Shown one piece after another: positions 35,632-50,500 of a stretch of 64,000 bases of DNA. Every line of letters starts with the position of its first letter. Positions within the stretch are counted from its first letter, which is position 1. Made by a program: the position numbers and the translations under genes. The DNA is from Paraspadella gotoi (lineage: Eukaryota > Animalia > Chaetognatha), in the NCBI GenBank assembly GCA_051294375.1, contig CM119271.1, positions 12,510,373-12,574,372 of the forward strand, in the 5' to 3' direction. The notes below the pieces were generated by a model. That model ran no database searches. It saw only the letters and a program-made list of their open reading frames with translations, and was not told the DNA's origin.

Positions 35632-37412
35632 TTTCAAAAGGCGCGAATTTTCCAAATCGGGGAAACAACAGAAAAAGAAAATAAATTAAAAAAAAAAACA
35701 AAAAAAAACAAAAGATAAAAACTAAAATGGAAGTTGAGATTTGGGAAGAAGAGAGGGAGGGAGGGAGGAAAAATGGGAGGAAGAGNNNNNNNNNNNNNNN
35801 NNNNNNNNNNNNNNNNNNNNNNNNNNNNNNNNNNNNNNNNNNNNNNNNNNNNNNNNNNNNNNNNNNNNNNNNNNNNNNNNNNNNNNNNNNNNNNNNNNNN
35901 NNNNNNNNNNNNNNNNNNNNNNNNNNNNNNNNNNNNNNNNNNNNNNNNNNNNNNNNNNNNNNNNNNNNNNNNNNNNNNNNNNNNNNNNNNNNNNNNNNNN
36001 NNNNNNNNNNNNNNNNNNNNNNNNNNNNNNNNNNNNNNNNNNNNNNGAGGAAGAAGAAAGGGAGGAAGAAGAAGGGGAGGAAGAGAGGGAGTGAGGGAGG
36101 AAGAAATGGAGGAAGAGAGAGAGGAAGGTCGGAAAGAAAAAAGGGAAAATGATTGTGGGAGGTGAGGTGAGGTGAGGTAAGATATTTTCGGTTTGGATGA
36201 AGCGGCGGCAACTCGATCCAGCTGCTGCCGTTCTCAAGTTATTTTGTTGTTGTTGTAGTAGTTTTTATTGTTTTTGTCGTTGTATTTATAGTAAATGTTG
36301 TTCATCATCGTCGTCGTCGTCATCTTCGTCGTCGTCATCATCATCCTCCTTTCATTTTTTCTCACTCAACTTTTCACAGTAAAATCGTGAAAATTATTGA
36401 TTTTTTTCACAAATTATTTTTCAGTTTTATTTTTTTTAACGTAGTAAATGAAGGAGGGAGAAAAATGCTTGCGTTTGACAGTGAGGATTTTTCTCTCTCT
36501 CTCTCTCTCTCNNNNNNNNNNNNNNNNNNNNNNNNNNNNNNNNNNNNNNNNNNNNNNNNNNNNNNNNNNNNNNNNNNNNNNNNNNNNNNNNNNNNNNNNN
36601 NNNNNNNNNNNNNNNNNNNNNNNNNNNNNNNNNNNNNNNNNNNNNNNNNNNNNNNNNNNNNNNNNNNNNNNNNNNNNNNNNNNNNNNNNNNNNNNNNNNN
36701 NNNNNNNNNNNNNNNNNNNNNNNNNNNNNNNNNNNNNNNNNNNNNNNNNNNNNNNNNNNNNNNNNNNNNNNNNNNNNNNNNNNNNNNNNNNNNNNNNNNN
36801 NNNNNNNNNNNNNNNNNNNNNNNNNNNNNNNNNNNNNNNNNNNNNNNNNNNNNNNNNNNNNNNNNNNNNNNNNNNNNNNACGAGAGAGCGCTGGATGGAA
36901 TGATGCCAAGGCCTGAGTGAAGAGGGCGTGGCAATCTGTCTGGACGATCGTTGATGCGGAAGTGAATCCGCGAGTGACGCTAGAGAAAACAAAAGGGAAA
37001 TAGAGAGGAGAAAAGAGAAGAAAAGGGGGAAATAGAGAGGTGAAGAAGGGGAAATAGGGAAGAGAAAAGGGGATGTAGAGAGAAGAAAAGGAAAGGGAAA
37101 TGGAGAGGAGAAAAGAGAAGAAAAGGCTAAATAGAGAGGAGAAAAGAGAAGAAAAGGCTAAATAGAGAAGAGAAAAGGAAAAATAGGGAAGACAAAATGA
37201 AATATAGAGAGGAGAAAAGAAAAGGAAAAGTAAATTGAGAGGAGAAAAGAAGAAACAAAAAGGAGAGAAGAGAAAAAAAAGAAGAGGAAAATAGATAGGA
37301 AAAAAGGAAAAGAGAGAGGAGAAAAGAGAAAACAAGTAAAATAGAGAAGACGAAAGGAAAACTCTGAAAAGCTCCCGCGTCTGTCCATCACCTTTTATAC
37401 AAGAATAATGTG

Positions 37413-37445
<33 letters not shown>

Positions 37446-37801
37446 NNNNNNNNNNATTGATTGATTGATTGATATATTGATTGATTGATTGCTGTTTGAT
37501 TCTTAAAGTCATTAACCAAAACTAGTCAGTGGTCACAAGTCAGTGACTCAGTGGTCAGACTGACAAACGGTCAAGATATCGCGCTGTTCCAGACTTGAAA
37601 GAACATCACTAAAAAAAATAGACTAAGCATGCGGCGGCGGCGGCGTACTGTGACGGCGGCGGCGGCGGCGGCGGCGACGGCGGCGGCGGCGGAAAAGCTA
37701 AGAAGAAACCGTAATGGATGGATTTTGGGAGAAGGAATCGCCTAGTCGTTGTTGTTGTTGTTGTCGTTGTACTCGTCATGGTTGTCGAACGTTAAGTCCT
37801 C

Positions 37802-37873
<72 letters not shown>

Positions 37874-38234
37874 AAAAAAACACGAAGCCAGCAATTTTGG
37901 AATCCCGAGTTAAAAATCCTGGTTTAGCCTCGAAGTAGAAATGTTGGGGTTTCAATTTGGGAGGAGGAAGAGGAGTAGGAAGAGGACGAGGAAGAGGAGG
38001 AGGAGGAGGGGACGAAAAAAGGGCAGAATTGGAGAAGGAACAAGACCTTAAATTGGATCAGGTGTTTCCAATTTCTGTTTTTTGTTTTCTGTTTTTGTTT
38101 TGTTGTTTTATTCGCTTAAAGATAATTGGAGGAAGGAATTCTTGTGGTCAGATTTGTGGTGAGATTTTTTTCGAAAGATTTGTGATGAGATTTGTGATAA
38201 GATTCTAACGTTAGCTAAAGAGAAAAGACTTATA

Positions 38235-38345
38235 GAAAGATTTAAAGATTTAAAGATTTATAGATTTATAGATTTATAGATTTATAGATTTATAGATTTA
38301 TAGATTTATAGATTTAAAGATTTAAAGATTTATAGATTTAAAGAG
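38235..38345. repeat. 8-bp microsatellite (GATTTATA/GATTTAAA)n
   Basis: Direct inspection. Confidence 0.92.
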
Positions 38346-38632
38346 TAAAGACTTATAGAAAGATTACTTCACTTTTTTAAAATGAACTTACTTATCTTTT
38401 CTCACTTATCTATTTTTTCATAATCACTTATCTTTTCTCACTTATCCATTTTTTCATAATCACTTATCTTTTTTCTCTTATCTTCTTATTTACTACATTT
38501 CTTTCGAGCGACGAGAGAAAGAAAAGTAATTAAGAGTAAAAAACTTTGTGAAATTCTGGAAATCGTCTCTCGCCTCATCAACTATTCATAGTCACGTGAT
38601 TAAAGTCTCTTCTTTGCAAGAAACGGTAAAAA

Positions 38633-38667
<35 letters not shown>

Positions 38668-39505
38668 GTGCTCCTCAAACGTCGCGCGGGGTCTCCTCAC
38701 GCGCCCGAATCCCGTCTCATATGGAGATCAGGTCTCTCTCTTTCTCCTCTCTTTGGAGATCACAAATCAAACTCGACCAGAGAAAAACGTCGGCGAGAAA
38801 GCACTCTTTCTCTCTATATTTTTTTTTTTCCCCTTTATGTCACCCCCCCCATAGATCTTCTTTTTTTCTATCCAGCACACGCTTTGGTGGCAACTCGACG
38901 CGCTTTTTTTTTTTTTTTTCCCTTGGTCTAACTGTTTTTTCCGCTGTGAAATCTGTATATCGGACAGTTAGATTGTCTGCAGCATCGATTGTCTTCTGTC
39001 CAAAGAAAGTGTCCTCTCTCTCGTTCGCACTTATCTCTCCTCGGTCTTCCTTCTCTCATCTCTCTCCTCTCGTCTGCTCATCTCTCTCTGTCTTAACTCC
39101 CTCCTCTCTTAACTAACCACTTTTATTTCTCTCCCAGACAAAAGAAAGCGAGAACATCTAGTGTAAAAAAAAGTCCCGACAGAGGGCGAAACAAAAGACA
39201 CGAGCCGGATTCGAAATCGAGGCTGACAAATTGGATTTCGACGAAAACAAACAAAAGTTCAACTCGATAGACGAAAAAAACATTGACCTGTTTGGGGATA
39301 GAATTAATTTGGTTACGATTAGTAAATTATTTAATTAGTTAGATTAGTTAATTTGGTTACGATTAGTAAGTTAAAAAATCAGGGGAGATCCTGATTAGTA
39401 TTATTATCATGCGAGAAAGAAAATAAATATTGCCAATCGAATTCTTTAGAAATTTAAACGCTTGGCTAAAAAATTATTTTGCCTCCTATGGTCAAACGCC
39501 GGTCG

Positions 39506-39542
<37 letters not shown>

Positions 39543-39984
39543 NNNNNNNNNNNNNNNNNNNNNNNNNNNNNNNNNNNNNNNNNNNNNNNNNNNNNNNNNN
39601 NNNNNNNNNNNNNNNNNNNNNNNNNNNNNNNNNNCTCTCTCTCTTTTTCTTTCTTATACTACGTTGTTCCATTCGCCGATTCGATTCCCTTCGCCTTTTT
39701 CAGATTTCAATAAATGAATTCAACTAATTTTGGTCGCCATTTTTTTTATCTCGACCATCTACGCTGATCGTTATTCTCACATGTTTATGGACGTTTGTAT
39801 ATTTTCATTCGTTTTGTCTAAATTAAGTCTTTTAAACTTAACTTCTTTCTTACGATGAGATCAAGCTAATGGCAGTTGAGGCCAGTTCAGGCCAGATAAG
39901 GCCAAAGACATATAAGGCCAGGTCTACTTTTTTGCTATGGACGAGGGAGTTTAGCTCAGTTTATCCCAGTTACTGGTTACCGGT

Positions 39985-40372
39985 TAGGGCCAATGGCAGA
40001 CAAGGCGAATGGCAGTTTAGGCGAATGGCAGTTAAGGCGAATGACATTTAAGGCGAATTTAAATTAAGGTCAATGGCAGTTAAGACAAATAGCGGCTAAA
40101 GCGAATGGCATTTAAGGAGAATGGCAGTTAAGGCAAATGGCAGTTCAGGCGAACGGAAGCTAAAGCGAATGGCATTTAAGGAGAATGGCTGTTAAGGCAA
40201 ATGGCATTTAAGAAGAATGGCAGTTAAGGCAAATGGCAGTTAAGACAAATGGCAGCTGAGGCAAATGGTAGTTCAGGCAAATGGCAGTTAAGGCGAATGG
40301 CAGTTAAGGCGAACGGCAGCTGAGGCAAATGGCAGTTAAGGCGAATGGCAGTTAAGGCGAATGGCAATTGCC
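39985..40372. repeat. 16-bp minisatellite (G/A)AATGGCAGTTAAGGC, roughly two dozen units
   Basis: Head-to-tail units with no spacers. Confidence 0.92.
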
Positions 40373-41299
40373 ACGGAATATGCGACGAGCGATGTTGAAG
40401 ACGGAAAACGNNNNNNNNNNNNNNNNNNNNNNNNNNNNNNNNNNNNNNNNNNNNNNNNNNNNNNNNNNNNNNNNNNNNNNNNNNNNNNNNNNNNNNNNNN
40501 NNNNNNNNNNNNNNNNNNNNNNNNNNNNNNNNNNNNNNNNNNNNNNNNNNNNNNNNNNNNNNNNNNNNNNNNNNNNNNNNNNNNNNNNNNNNNNNNNNNN
40601 NNNNNNNNNNNNNNNNNNNNNNNNNNGAGAGAGAGAGAGAGAGAGAGCGACTATCATGTACAACCCGATTTATTTATAATTAGTCTTCCCTTTTTTTTCC
40701 GCCGTAAATAAAACACGAAGTCAAAAAAGCTTGCAGAGAACCGAATATTATGTGTAAAAATATATTAACTAAATGTATTACTTAATTAGAAGCTTGAGGA
40801 AAAAAATTGTTTAAATTCTATTCATCATTCTTACTTGTGTTGTCGCAATTAAAATGGCATAAATTTAATATCGACAAATTTTTTTTATTAATTGAATGAA
40901 ATGTTTGTTTTTTTAATTATTTTAAAAGAGAAAAACCAAAACAAAAATCAAAAGAAGAAAACTAAAAACAAATAACAACAACAAAAACATCCAAAACAAA
41001 ATAAAAACAAACTTCGCTTCCAACATCAAATTCCCAAATATGAGGAGGAGGAAAAGTTTAGGAGAATTTTCACGATCGACTTAAGTCAAGAACGAATTGT
41101 TTTTATTCGATGAAACTAAATTTACGGGGTGTACGAGAGAGAGAGAGAGAGAGAGAGAGNNNNNNNNNNNNNNNNNNNNNNNNNGACTGGGACGAGAGTA
41201 GAGAGATGAGAGAGAGAAGTGGGAGAGAGATTGAGATAGACGAGAGAGAGACCGAGGTAGAGAGAGATGAGAGGAGGAGAGAGATCGAGGTAAAGAAAG

Positions 41300-44050
41300 A
41301 ACACGCAAAAAGAGACCGAGACAAAAAATATTATGGCCCTAACGGAACGATGATAAAGAGTATTAAACTATCACACAAAAGTGATATTTTGTAAGATAGT
41401 AGGAGTATAAAAGGTAAGTAGGTTAAAAGGGATGTAGTAGGAAGGGATAGTAAGTCGATCCGGGTAGAAAGGTATAGAGAGGTGTGAGGTAGAGGAAAAG
41501 CCGAAGCCGGGAAGTTGAAACGACCAGTGAGAAAGTTAATGTGAAAGAAAATGGGAGAGAAGAGTTTTGTTTGAATGTATATATATATGTTACGCTAAAG
41601 GGGGAGGAAAGAAAAGCGGAACAAAAAGGGAAAGAAAAAGATCTAAATGAAGATTTAATTATGGATATATTATATATTATTAGAAAAAAGAAAAGCGAAA
41701 GATTAGAAAGAATGTGAAATGAGGAAACAAAGATAATATGGGAAGTGAAAGGAGAGAAAAAAAGCCCTCATCCAGCAATCCGAAAAATGGACAAGGAAAT
41801 AAGAGGAGAAAAGAAAAAAGAAATGATTAAAAAGAACAGAGAAAAAAGAGAAGAGGGAAAACGGAGAGAGAAAAGAAAAAAAAAATCACGAAGGTGGGGG
41901 GTGGGGGAAGGAAAGAGAGGGCGGAGGAGAACGACGAAATTCTAAGTAGGTGAAAGAAAAGAGAGAAAAAACATGGAAGAGTGGAAGCCGAACACGTGAG
42001 CGTTTGCGAAAGAAATGGAAGGATGGTAGGAAACGCCCGAGGTCATTTGAGGGAAGAGTGGGAGCAAAGGCAGGGAATGGATGTGGGACGGAAAGGCGTG
42101 TACGAAACGGAAAGGCACCGATCGATTGGAAGGGCAAGGTAGATACAGGGAGAGGAGAACGGAAATGGAAGAAAACTATTATTTTGTGTATTATAGAGCA
42201 AAGGTAAGAAACGAATGTATCACAGACATATAGGAAAAGGTGGCGAAAATAATGGAAGGGCAGGGTGGAACTGAACAAAAAAAAACCTCTCGTTCGTATA
42301 ATTGATTAGCAAGAAATAGTAATAAGGAAGCGCTCGCAGCCCACACAGACCCTAAGCAGAAGCACACAATGCACGACACTAGAGCGACTTAAAGGAATAA
42401 GAGACTCCTAAGCCATAAAGAAGGGCGCACTTCGCCTCGGTACTCCGGAAAGGAACCTAAAACGAGTATCTCATCATGGGTACTATAGAAAGTGGTATAG
42501 TTTAACCAGATATATGAACTACAAAGGATAATGACTAAGAAAAAAATTATTTCAATATAGAAAACCACGTACACGGCGGAACAAAGGCATAGTCAAAATA
42601 AAGCCGAAGAAGAAGGGAACTGCGAAGCGAGGACAGGATCTCTAACGTGAATCAAGAATCAAGTTCATGAGAACTGAAGGAGAGAGAGGAGGGAGAGACG
42701 ATCGATGAGAGCAGAATCGATACCTGTATGAGAGATGACGAGACGAGAGAGGAGAGAGCCGAGGAGAAGAGAGAGAGAGAGAGAGGCCAGTGGGGTGCAA
42801 GAAAGCAAGGCGGTCCTTGTAATCCTCCTCTCTCTCTCTCTCTCTCTCTCTCTTCATTCTCATGAGTTATTTCTTGATTCAGTTAGTAGATCCTTCCTCA
42901 GCTTCGCAGCTCCTTTCTTCTTCGGCTTATTTTTCCTTCCTTTTTTTCCCCCTTATTTTCTTTTATATATTTTTTTCTTTCTCAGTTTTCTCTATTTCCT
43001 TTGTATTTCTTCTTCTGGTTATTAATTCTTCCTTTCTTTTTAGTACCTTCTCACCATGCCTCTTTTCTTTCCTTCTCGTCATGCTTCTTTTCTTCTTCTT
43101 CTTCTCAGTTCTTAGTTCTGTTGCTTCCTTTATTTTCTTCTCGCCATGTCTGGTTTTTTTTCCCCCTTTTTTCCCCCTTTTTTCCTTTTCTTTCTTCGTT
43201 TCTTCCTTTCTCTTTCACCTTTCTTTTCTTTTTCCTTTCCTTTCCTCCCCCTTCCTCCAATNNNNNNNNNNNNNNNNNNNNNNNNNNNNNNNNNNNNNNN
43301 NNNNNNNNNNNNNNNNNNNNNNNNNNNNNNNNNNNNNNNNNNNNNNNNNNNNNNNNNNNNNNNNNNNNNNNNNNNNNNNNNNNNNNNNNNNNNNNNNNNN
43401 NNNNNNNNNNNNNNNNNNNNNNNNNNNNNNNNNNNNNNNNNNNNNNNNNNNNNNNNNNNNNNNNNNNNNNNNNNNNNNNNNNNNNNNNNNNNNNCTTCTT
43501 ATTTTTTTTTCCTTTTCTCTCTCCTTTTCCCTCCTTCTATTTTTTTCTCTTTCCTTTTTAATCTTTCCTTTTTTTTCTTTTCTCCTCTTCTTTCTCTTTC
43601 CATTTTCATCTCTTTTTTTCTCTCCTTTCCTTCCCCCTATTATCTTTTTTTCTCATTCCTTCTTTTCTATTCTTTCTCTTTTCTTTTTCTTTTTTTTTCC
43701 TATATTTTTCTTCTCTTTCTTTTTCTTTCCCTTTTTGTTTCCCTTTTCCTTTCCTCCCCCTTTTAGCCTTACTTTTCTTCACTCACTCTTTTCTTTTCTC
43801 CATTTTTCTTTCCACATCCTTACCTTTCCTCACTGGTCCGTTTCACTTCCGGCTTCTGGCTTTTCTCTTACCCACCTCTCTACCTTTCTACCCGTCGACT
43901 TACTCTCCTTCCTCTACACCCTTTTACCTACTTACCTTTTATACTCCCTACCTATCTTAAAAAATATCTACTTTTCGTTGAAGTTTAATACTCTTATCTC
44001 GTTCCCTATTTTTTTCTCTCTCTTTTTCTTTCTTTCTTTCTCTCTCTCTC
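41300..44050. repeat. Fold-back inverted duplication centred ~42790-42830
   Basis: 41385-41475 is the reverse complement of ~43880-43975, and 42640-42690 is the reverse complement of ~42845-42895. The left arm is very noisy. Confidence 0.75.
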
Positions 44051-44348
44051 TCTCTCTCTCNNNNNNNNNNNNNNNNNNNNNNNNNNNNNNNNNNNNNNNN
44101 NNNNNNNNNNNNNNNNNNNNNNNNNNNNNNNNNNNNNNNNNNNNNNNNNNNNNNNNNNNNNNNNNNNNNNNNNNNNNNNNNNNNNNNNNNNNNNNNNNNN
44201 NNNNNNNNNNNNNNNNNNNNNNNNNNNNNNNNNNNNNNNNNNNNNNNNNNNNNNNNNNNNNNNNNNNNNNNNNNNNNNNNNNNNNNNNNNNNNNNNNNNN
44301 NNNNNNNNNNNNNNNNNNNNNNNNNNNNNNNNNNNNNNNNNNNNNNNN

Positions 44349-44386
<38 letters not shown>

Positions 44387-47330
44387 AACTCAGGAAAAAA
44401 AACAGAAAATAAAGATAAGAAAAAAATTAGAGAAAAATAAAAAAAACTTTCGAGAAGGAAAAATAGTGAAAGACTAAGAAGCATAAAAGAGACGAAATTT
44501 AAATGCATAAAATGTCACGCGGCGCCGGGCAACGTGTTACAGGCGGCGAATGGGGCGGCAGCAGGCGGGTAAGCGATGAACAGGCCCCTGAAGGGCTTTG
44601 AAACAGGCCTGGCAGAAATCTACGACCCCAAGGAAGACTACGTCCATCCAAGCTCTTCACTGCAGAATAGATATCATTGGGAATCGATCCCGGTAACCAA
44701 TGGTAACAAGATGACGAATTCACTGAATGAGCAGTCGAGTTACAGCTTTGGAAAAGGTTTTGCAAATCAAGTTGCAAAGATGTTTTCTTGCAAGTTTCAT
44801 GAAAACCTTGTTTTCATAGAGATTTGTACGATATTTTACATCGTTAAGAACAACGTCAGGTGTCAAAACGGCTGCTACGGTGGCTGCTACGGCGGCTGNN
44901 NNNNNNNNNNNNNNNNNNNNNNNNNNNNNNNNNNNNNNNNNNNNNNNNNNNNNNNNNNNNNNNNNNNNNNNNNNNNNNNNNNNNNNNNNNNNNNNNNNNN
45001 NNNNNNNNNNNNNNNNNNNNNNNNNNNNNNNNNNNNNNNNNNNNNNNNNNNNNNNNNNNNNNNNNNNNNNNNNNNNNNNNNNNNNNNNNNNNNNNNNNNN
45101 NNNNNNNNNNNNNNNNNNNNNNNNNNNNNNNNNNNNNNNNNNNNNNNNNNNNNNNNNNNNNNNNNNNNNNNNNNNNNNNNNNNNNNNNNNNNNNNNNNNN
45201 NNNNNNNNNNNNNNNNNNNNNNNNNNNNNNNNNNNNNNNNNNNNNNNNNNNNNNNNNNNNNNNNNNNNNNNNNNNNNNNNNNNNNNNNNNNNNNNNNNNN
45301 NNNNNNNNNNNNNNNNNNNNNNNNNNNNNNNNNNNNNNNNNNNNNNNNNNNNNNNNNNNNNNNNNNNNNNNNNNNNNNNNNNNNNNNNNNNNNNNNNNNN
45401 NNNNNNNNNNNNNNNNNNNNNNNNNNNNNNNNNNNNNNNNNNNNNNNNNNNNNNNNNNNNNNNNNNNNNNNNNNNNNNNNNACGGGACTACGATGATGGT
45501 GTTGATGAATATGATGATTTGTAATGATGATTGATGCTAATAATGATGAGGCTACGTATGATTGATGATAGATGAAGATGATAATAATGAACGGATAGAT
45601 GATTGACGGTATGATTACAATGGTACTAAAACGACATCCGAAAAGAAAAAAAAAAGTTTTTCGATTGTCATAAAATCGATTTTGCGGTGTAAAAATACAT
45701 TTGTGAAATGTGAAAAGAAAATTGTTACTTTGCGCCGCCAAAAGTTGCCATTTTTTGTGAAATAAAACGTTTCACGCGTAAGAGTGAAGACACCGACGTA
45801 CGACGACATCGGACGACGCTACGGACCGACGACGACGACGCGGCTGAGCGGCATTATAATAATCATTTTTTTTCATCGGATAATATTTCTAGGATCAAAA
45901 TTAAAAGTAATCCGAAGTTAATTTTTTTTAAAGTCACTGATATATTTTACTGGAAACGGCTTGTGTCATGAAAAAAAAAACGTACGACGTACGAAGACAT
46001 AAAGAAAATGTGATGCATGACGAGCGGAACGCGATGACGTAGACTGGGATGACGACTACGACCTGACGCACGACTGTTTTCTTTTGCGATGAAATAAAAT
46101 GAAAACTTTTTTTCTTCTTTTTTTTTTTTCTGTCATCTCTCGATTTTTTGACGACGAAGAAATATTTTTTGTTTCTCCGGCCTTTATCTCCATTCTCTCT
46201 CTCTCTCTCTCTCTACCTCTTCATCTCTCTCTCTCTCTCTCGTCTCTCTTCTCTCTCTTCTCTTCTCTCGCCTCTCGTTCTCTCTGTCTCAGTCAGGCCT
46301 CTCTATCTCTCTCCTCCTACTGATAGCAGGGTTTCACTTGTAATCCAGTCCTTAACGGTTCCTTGCTGGAGCGCCTCGCGTAGGACGACGATGAAGACGA
46401 CGACGACGACTTGACGAGGGATTTTTGATGGGCGACGATCTGGAACGATTATTACTGACGGCGGAACAGATTCACTGTGAAAGTAAAAAAAAAGGGAAAG
46501 AGAGAAAACCACTGTGTGTGAGAGGAAAAAAGGAAAATGTGGAAATCGTGAGGTGTGAACGAAGGGTGTGAAACCCGGATGTGAATCGGGGGGGAAAGGA
46601 TGTGATTTGATAACGTGGAGAACTTGATTCAAGATAAAAATAGATTATTTGTAAAGATTTAATGATTACACTGAATGAAAACATTAAAAAAAAACATTAA
46701 CTAAGCCAAAGTAGTGAATAAACTAGACCGTGAGAGAGTCTTAATTAAAAGAAAAATAAAAGAATATAAAAGAAACGAAAAGAGAAGAAAAGAAGAGAAG
46801 AAAAGAAAAGAAAAAAAAGAAAAGAAAAGAAAAGAAAAAAATGTCAAGTGAAGAATCGCAGAAAAGAAAAAGAGAGAAAAGGAGATAATGAGGAGTTGAA
46901 AGAGAAAAGGGATAAGCGCGGGATAATTGAGAAAGAGAGAGAGAGANNNNNNNNNNNNNNNNNNNNNNNNNNNNNNNNNNNNNNNNNNNNNNNNNNNNNN
47001 NNNNNNNNNNNNNNNNNNNNNNNNNNNNNNNNNNNNNNNNNNNNNNNNNNNNNNNNNNNNNNNNNNNNNNNNNNNNNNNNNNNNNNNNNNNNNNNNNNNN
47101 NNNNNNNNNNNNNNNNNNNNNNNNNNNNNNNNNNNNNNNNNNNAACAGGTGAAAGAGAAAAAACAAAAGAAAACTGGAAACGGCGTCTGAGCCAGAAGTC
47201 GGGAGCGATGACGATGACGAAGAAGAGGAGGATGATGATGACGACGACGATGATGACAACAATGACGACGACGTCAACGACAATGACAACGAAATCGCTG
47301 CGGCTGACTCACTCTCCCGCCGCCGCTCGC

Positions 47331-47361
<31 letters not shown>

Positions 47362-47421
47362 ACTGCTGGTGCCGTCGCCACCAACAATTTATTTCCGTCA
47401 GAAGTAAACAGAGAAAATAAA

Positions 47422-47505
<84 letters not shown>

Positions 47506-50500
47506 CAATGGTTTCATATCCCGCAAGACGAGAGCGAGAGAGAGGAAGAGAGAGAGAGTCCATGTAATGGTGGGAAATACGGATTTATTCAATACGCGGG
47601 ACGCGACTCTAAGATTTAGATTTATTTCCCTTAGATCATTTTTTCTTTCTTGTCTGGCGAGAAATGGATTCTGTCATAGATTCTCTCATTAATTCCTTCC
47701 ATCGTTTTTTTTTAAATTTCATCATAAATTCGAAACTTGTCAATGATTGTGTTCAACCTAAACGATGTTTCGATTCTCACTTACTATTTTATCATTAATT
47801 CCTTTTCCTTTCTTTCGCTGATAATGCTCTTTTATTCCTGTTGTATCATTAATTCTACCATTTGTCATCGAAGCGTATTCTCTCTTAAATTATGTCATTA
47901 GTTATATCATTAGTTATATCATTAGTTATATCATTAGCTTCTACCGTCCGTAATTCAGCAGAAAGAAATAAAATGTAAATTCGAATGGAATCGCAAAAAA
48001 ATATACAGAATAAATCTTTTTCAATAAATTAAATAATATCATTTTTAAATCATTCTTTTTCCTTATCGCAAGCAAAGACCAAAAACAATTCAAATTCACA
48101 AATATTTTTATTTTTCAAATACTAAATCGTCTTAAACGAAATATAAACACAAACAAACATTAATTATGAACCAAAACTTACCTGTTAATTCCGTCGACAG
48201 AAATGAGGCGAGAAAAAAAGAGAGAGAGAGAAAAAAGTTTGATTAATTATTGAACCAAAAAAAAAAAATAAGTAAAAAGTCGATACGAAAGGAAACTTAA
48301 TTTTCGTCATCATTTGCGTCATCAATCATTTGAGGTATTGGAAGTCGTTGTCGTCGTCGTCGTCGTCGTCGCTGCCGTCATTTGAGGTATTGGAAGTCGT
48401 TGGCCGTAGTCGTTGTCGTCGTTGTTTTCGTCGTTGTCGTCGTCGTCATCGCTGCCGTCATCGTAATCGTCGTTGTCGTTGTTGCGGTTGTCGTCGTCGT
48501 CTTTCTCATCGTCGTCGTCGTCTTTCTCGTCATCGTCGTCATCGTCGTTGTCATCGTTGTCGTCTTTTCAAACGTCGTCGTCGTTGTAATCGTTTGTCGT
48601 CTTCGTCGTCGTCTTTCTCCATCATCGTCGTCATCGTCGTTGTCATCGTCGTCGTCTTTCTCATAGTCCTAATCGTCCATCGTGTTGTTATCGTCGTTGT
48701 CACGTCATTGTTTGTCATTGATCGTTGTCGTCGTCAATCGTCTTTCTCATTGTCCTCATTCGTCATCGTTTGTTGTCATTGTCATCGTCTTTCTCATTGT
48801 CGTCCGCATCAGCGCATCATCGTCATTATCTTCTCTCATCAGTGTCATCGTTCTTGGACAACGTCATCGTCGTCATCGTCGTTGTCGTTATTGCTGTTTT
48901 TGTCGCCGTCTTTCTCATCGTCGTTGTCATCATTGTCGTCATCCTCGTCGTCTTTCTCATCGTCCTCATCGTCATCGTTGTTGTCATCGTCGTTGTCGTC
49001 GTCGTTGTCGTTATTGCTGTTTTTGTCGTCGTCTTTCTCATCGTCGACGTCTTCGTCAAAAAGCCGATATCTTTTCCTGCCACAAAAAAAGAAAAATCTC
49101 CGTCGCTCTATGTATTTCTTTTCCCCACTTCTTTTCCCCACTTCTTTTCCCCACATCACAAACCACAAAATTCCCCACAACTCGACGAAAGTCTTTCCTC
49201 CAACTTTTTACTCCACAAAGAATCCCGACGTTTTTTCCCTTCGGCTTAAAAATCTCGTCAACGTAAACGTCTTCATTTCGACGCGTCAAAATGCCACGCC
49301 CTCTCGTCACGCTCGTCCTCGTGGGGGGGGCGCCCGATCGGCCCTGACCTCCCTTACCCGCTTCCGCCGCCCTTGGCCCCTTGCCTCCTGATCCATGTTA
49401 CGGGAGCCGACCGATGATCTACGGGCGCCGTCTTGAACCCAAGTCGTACGAAAGGTTTTGTGTGGTTGCGCGGCAGGAGGAGCTCTTTAAGTATATTATG
49501 GGTCGGTCGGTCTCTCTCATTGTCCGTCTCATCAATTGTCAATACCCATAAATCATATACGTAATTGTAATAAACTAGTTTAATTGCTACTTTACAGATT
49601 AGTAGCATTTAGTATAACGTAATGAAGGGAAGGGTTAAATATTTAAATATTTAAATATTTTATGCGCACTATTCATATTTGTATTATTATATATGCTTAT
49701 TTGCTATTTTCTCCCCATTTTCTAAAAATGAAAGATAATATGCAAATTATGGTTGGAAACGAGGCTTGTAGTATAAAACAAATGATCAGGCCAACACGGC
49801 GCAACACATTGGAATTACCCTTCGCTGTTTACTATGTTTTGTTCATCTTTAAAGCAAAAAGATTAGTGAAAACAACAATAATGTTAATTCTGTTGACATG
49901 GCGACAATTGTTTCAAAAAGAAGGTGGCTGACAAAAAAAAAGAAATGTGCCAACACTGTGACCTTACTGCCAAAAAATAGGAATGATGTGCCTGACTTTC
50001 GGCGCCGATTCCACGCCTGGCGAGACGACTAGGTCGCCCGGGTTTAGGCGCCCCGGTTAAGGCGCTGTTTAGGTTTGGGCTCCCCGCTTGAGCGCGTCTG
50101 GCGCGCCCGGGAATCTGGCCACGCCCAAAACCGACGCGTTATGGCGGGAATCGTTTTCTTTTTTTTNNNNNNNNNNNNNNNNNNNNNNNNNNNNNNNNNN
50201 NNNNNNNNNNNNNNNNNNNNNNNNNNNNNNNNNNNNNNNNNNTCGTCGTCCATCTAATGACGCGACACCAGACGAGACGAAAAAGAGATAAAGTTTATGT
50301 TTATCCGTAGAAAACGATCAGAATAAAAAAAAAGTCCGTTTGGCGTCGTCGTCGTCGTCGTTTTCATCGTTATTAAAGTCGTCGCTTTCGTCGTCGTCTT
50401 TTTCTCGTCATCGTTATCATCGTCATTATCGTCGTCGTCGTCGTCGTTTTTGTTTATGTTGTTGTTTACGTTTCGTTTCCTTCGAATTCATTTTTACTGC

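Noticed and set aside
39985-40372. Regular short repeats as a CRISPR array
   Set aside because: 16-bp head-to-tail units with no unique spacers, no cas genes, eukaryotic context.
44570-44612. Hammerhead-like cgatga..ggccc..gggct..gaaac
   Set aside because: The core is CGATGA, not CTGANGA, and I could not find stems I and III.
42862-45741. Long ORFs of 200-516 aa
   Set aside because: They consist of CT-rich low-complexity sequence and N runs.
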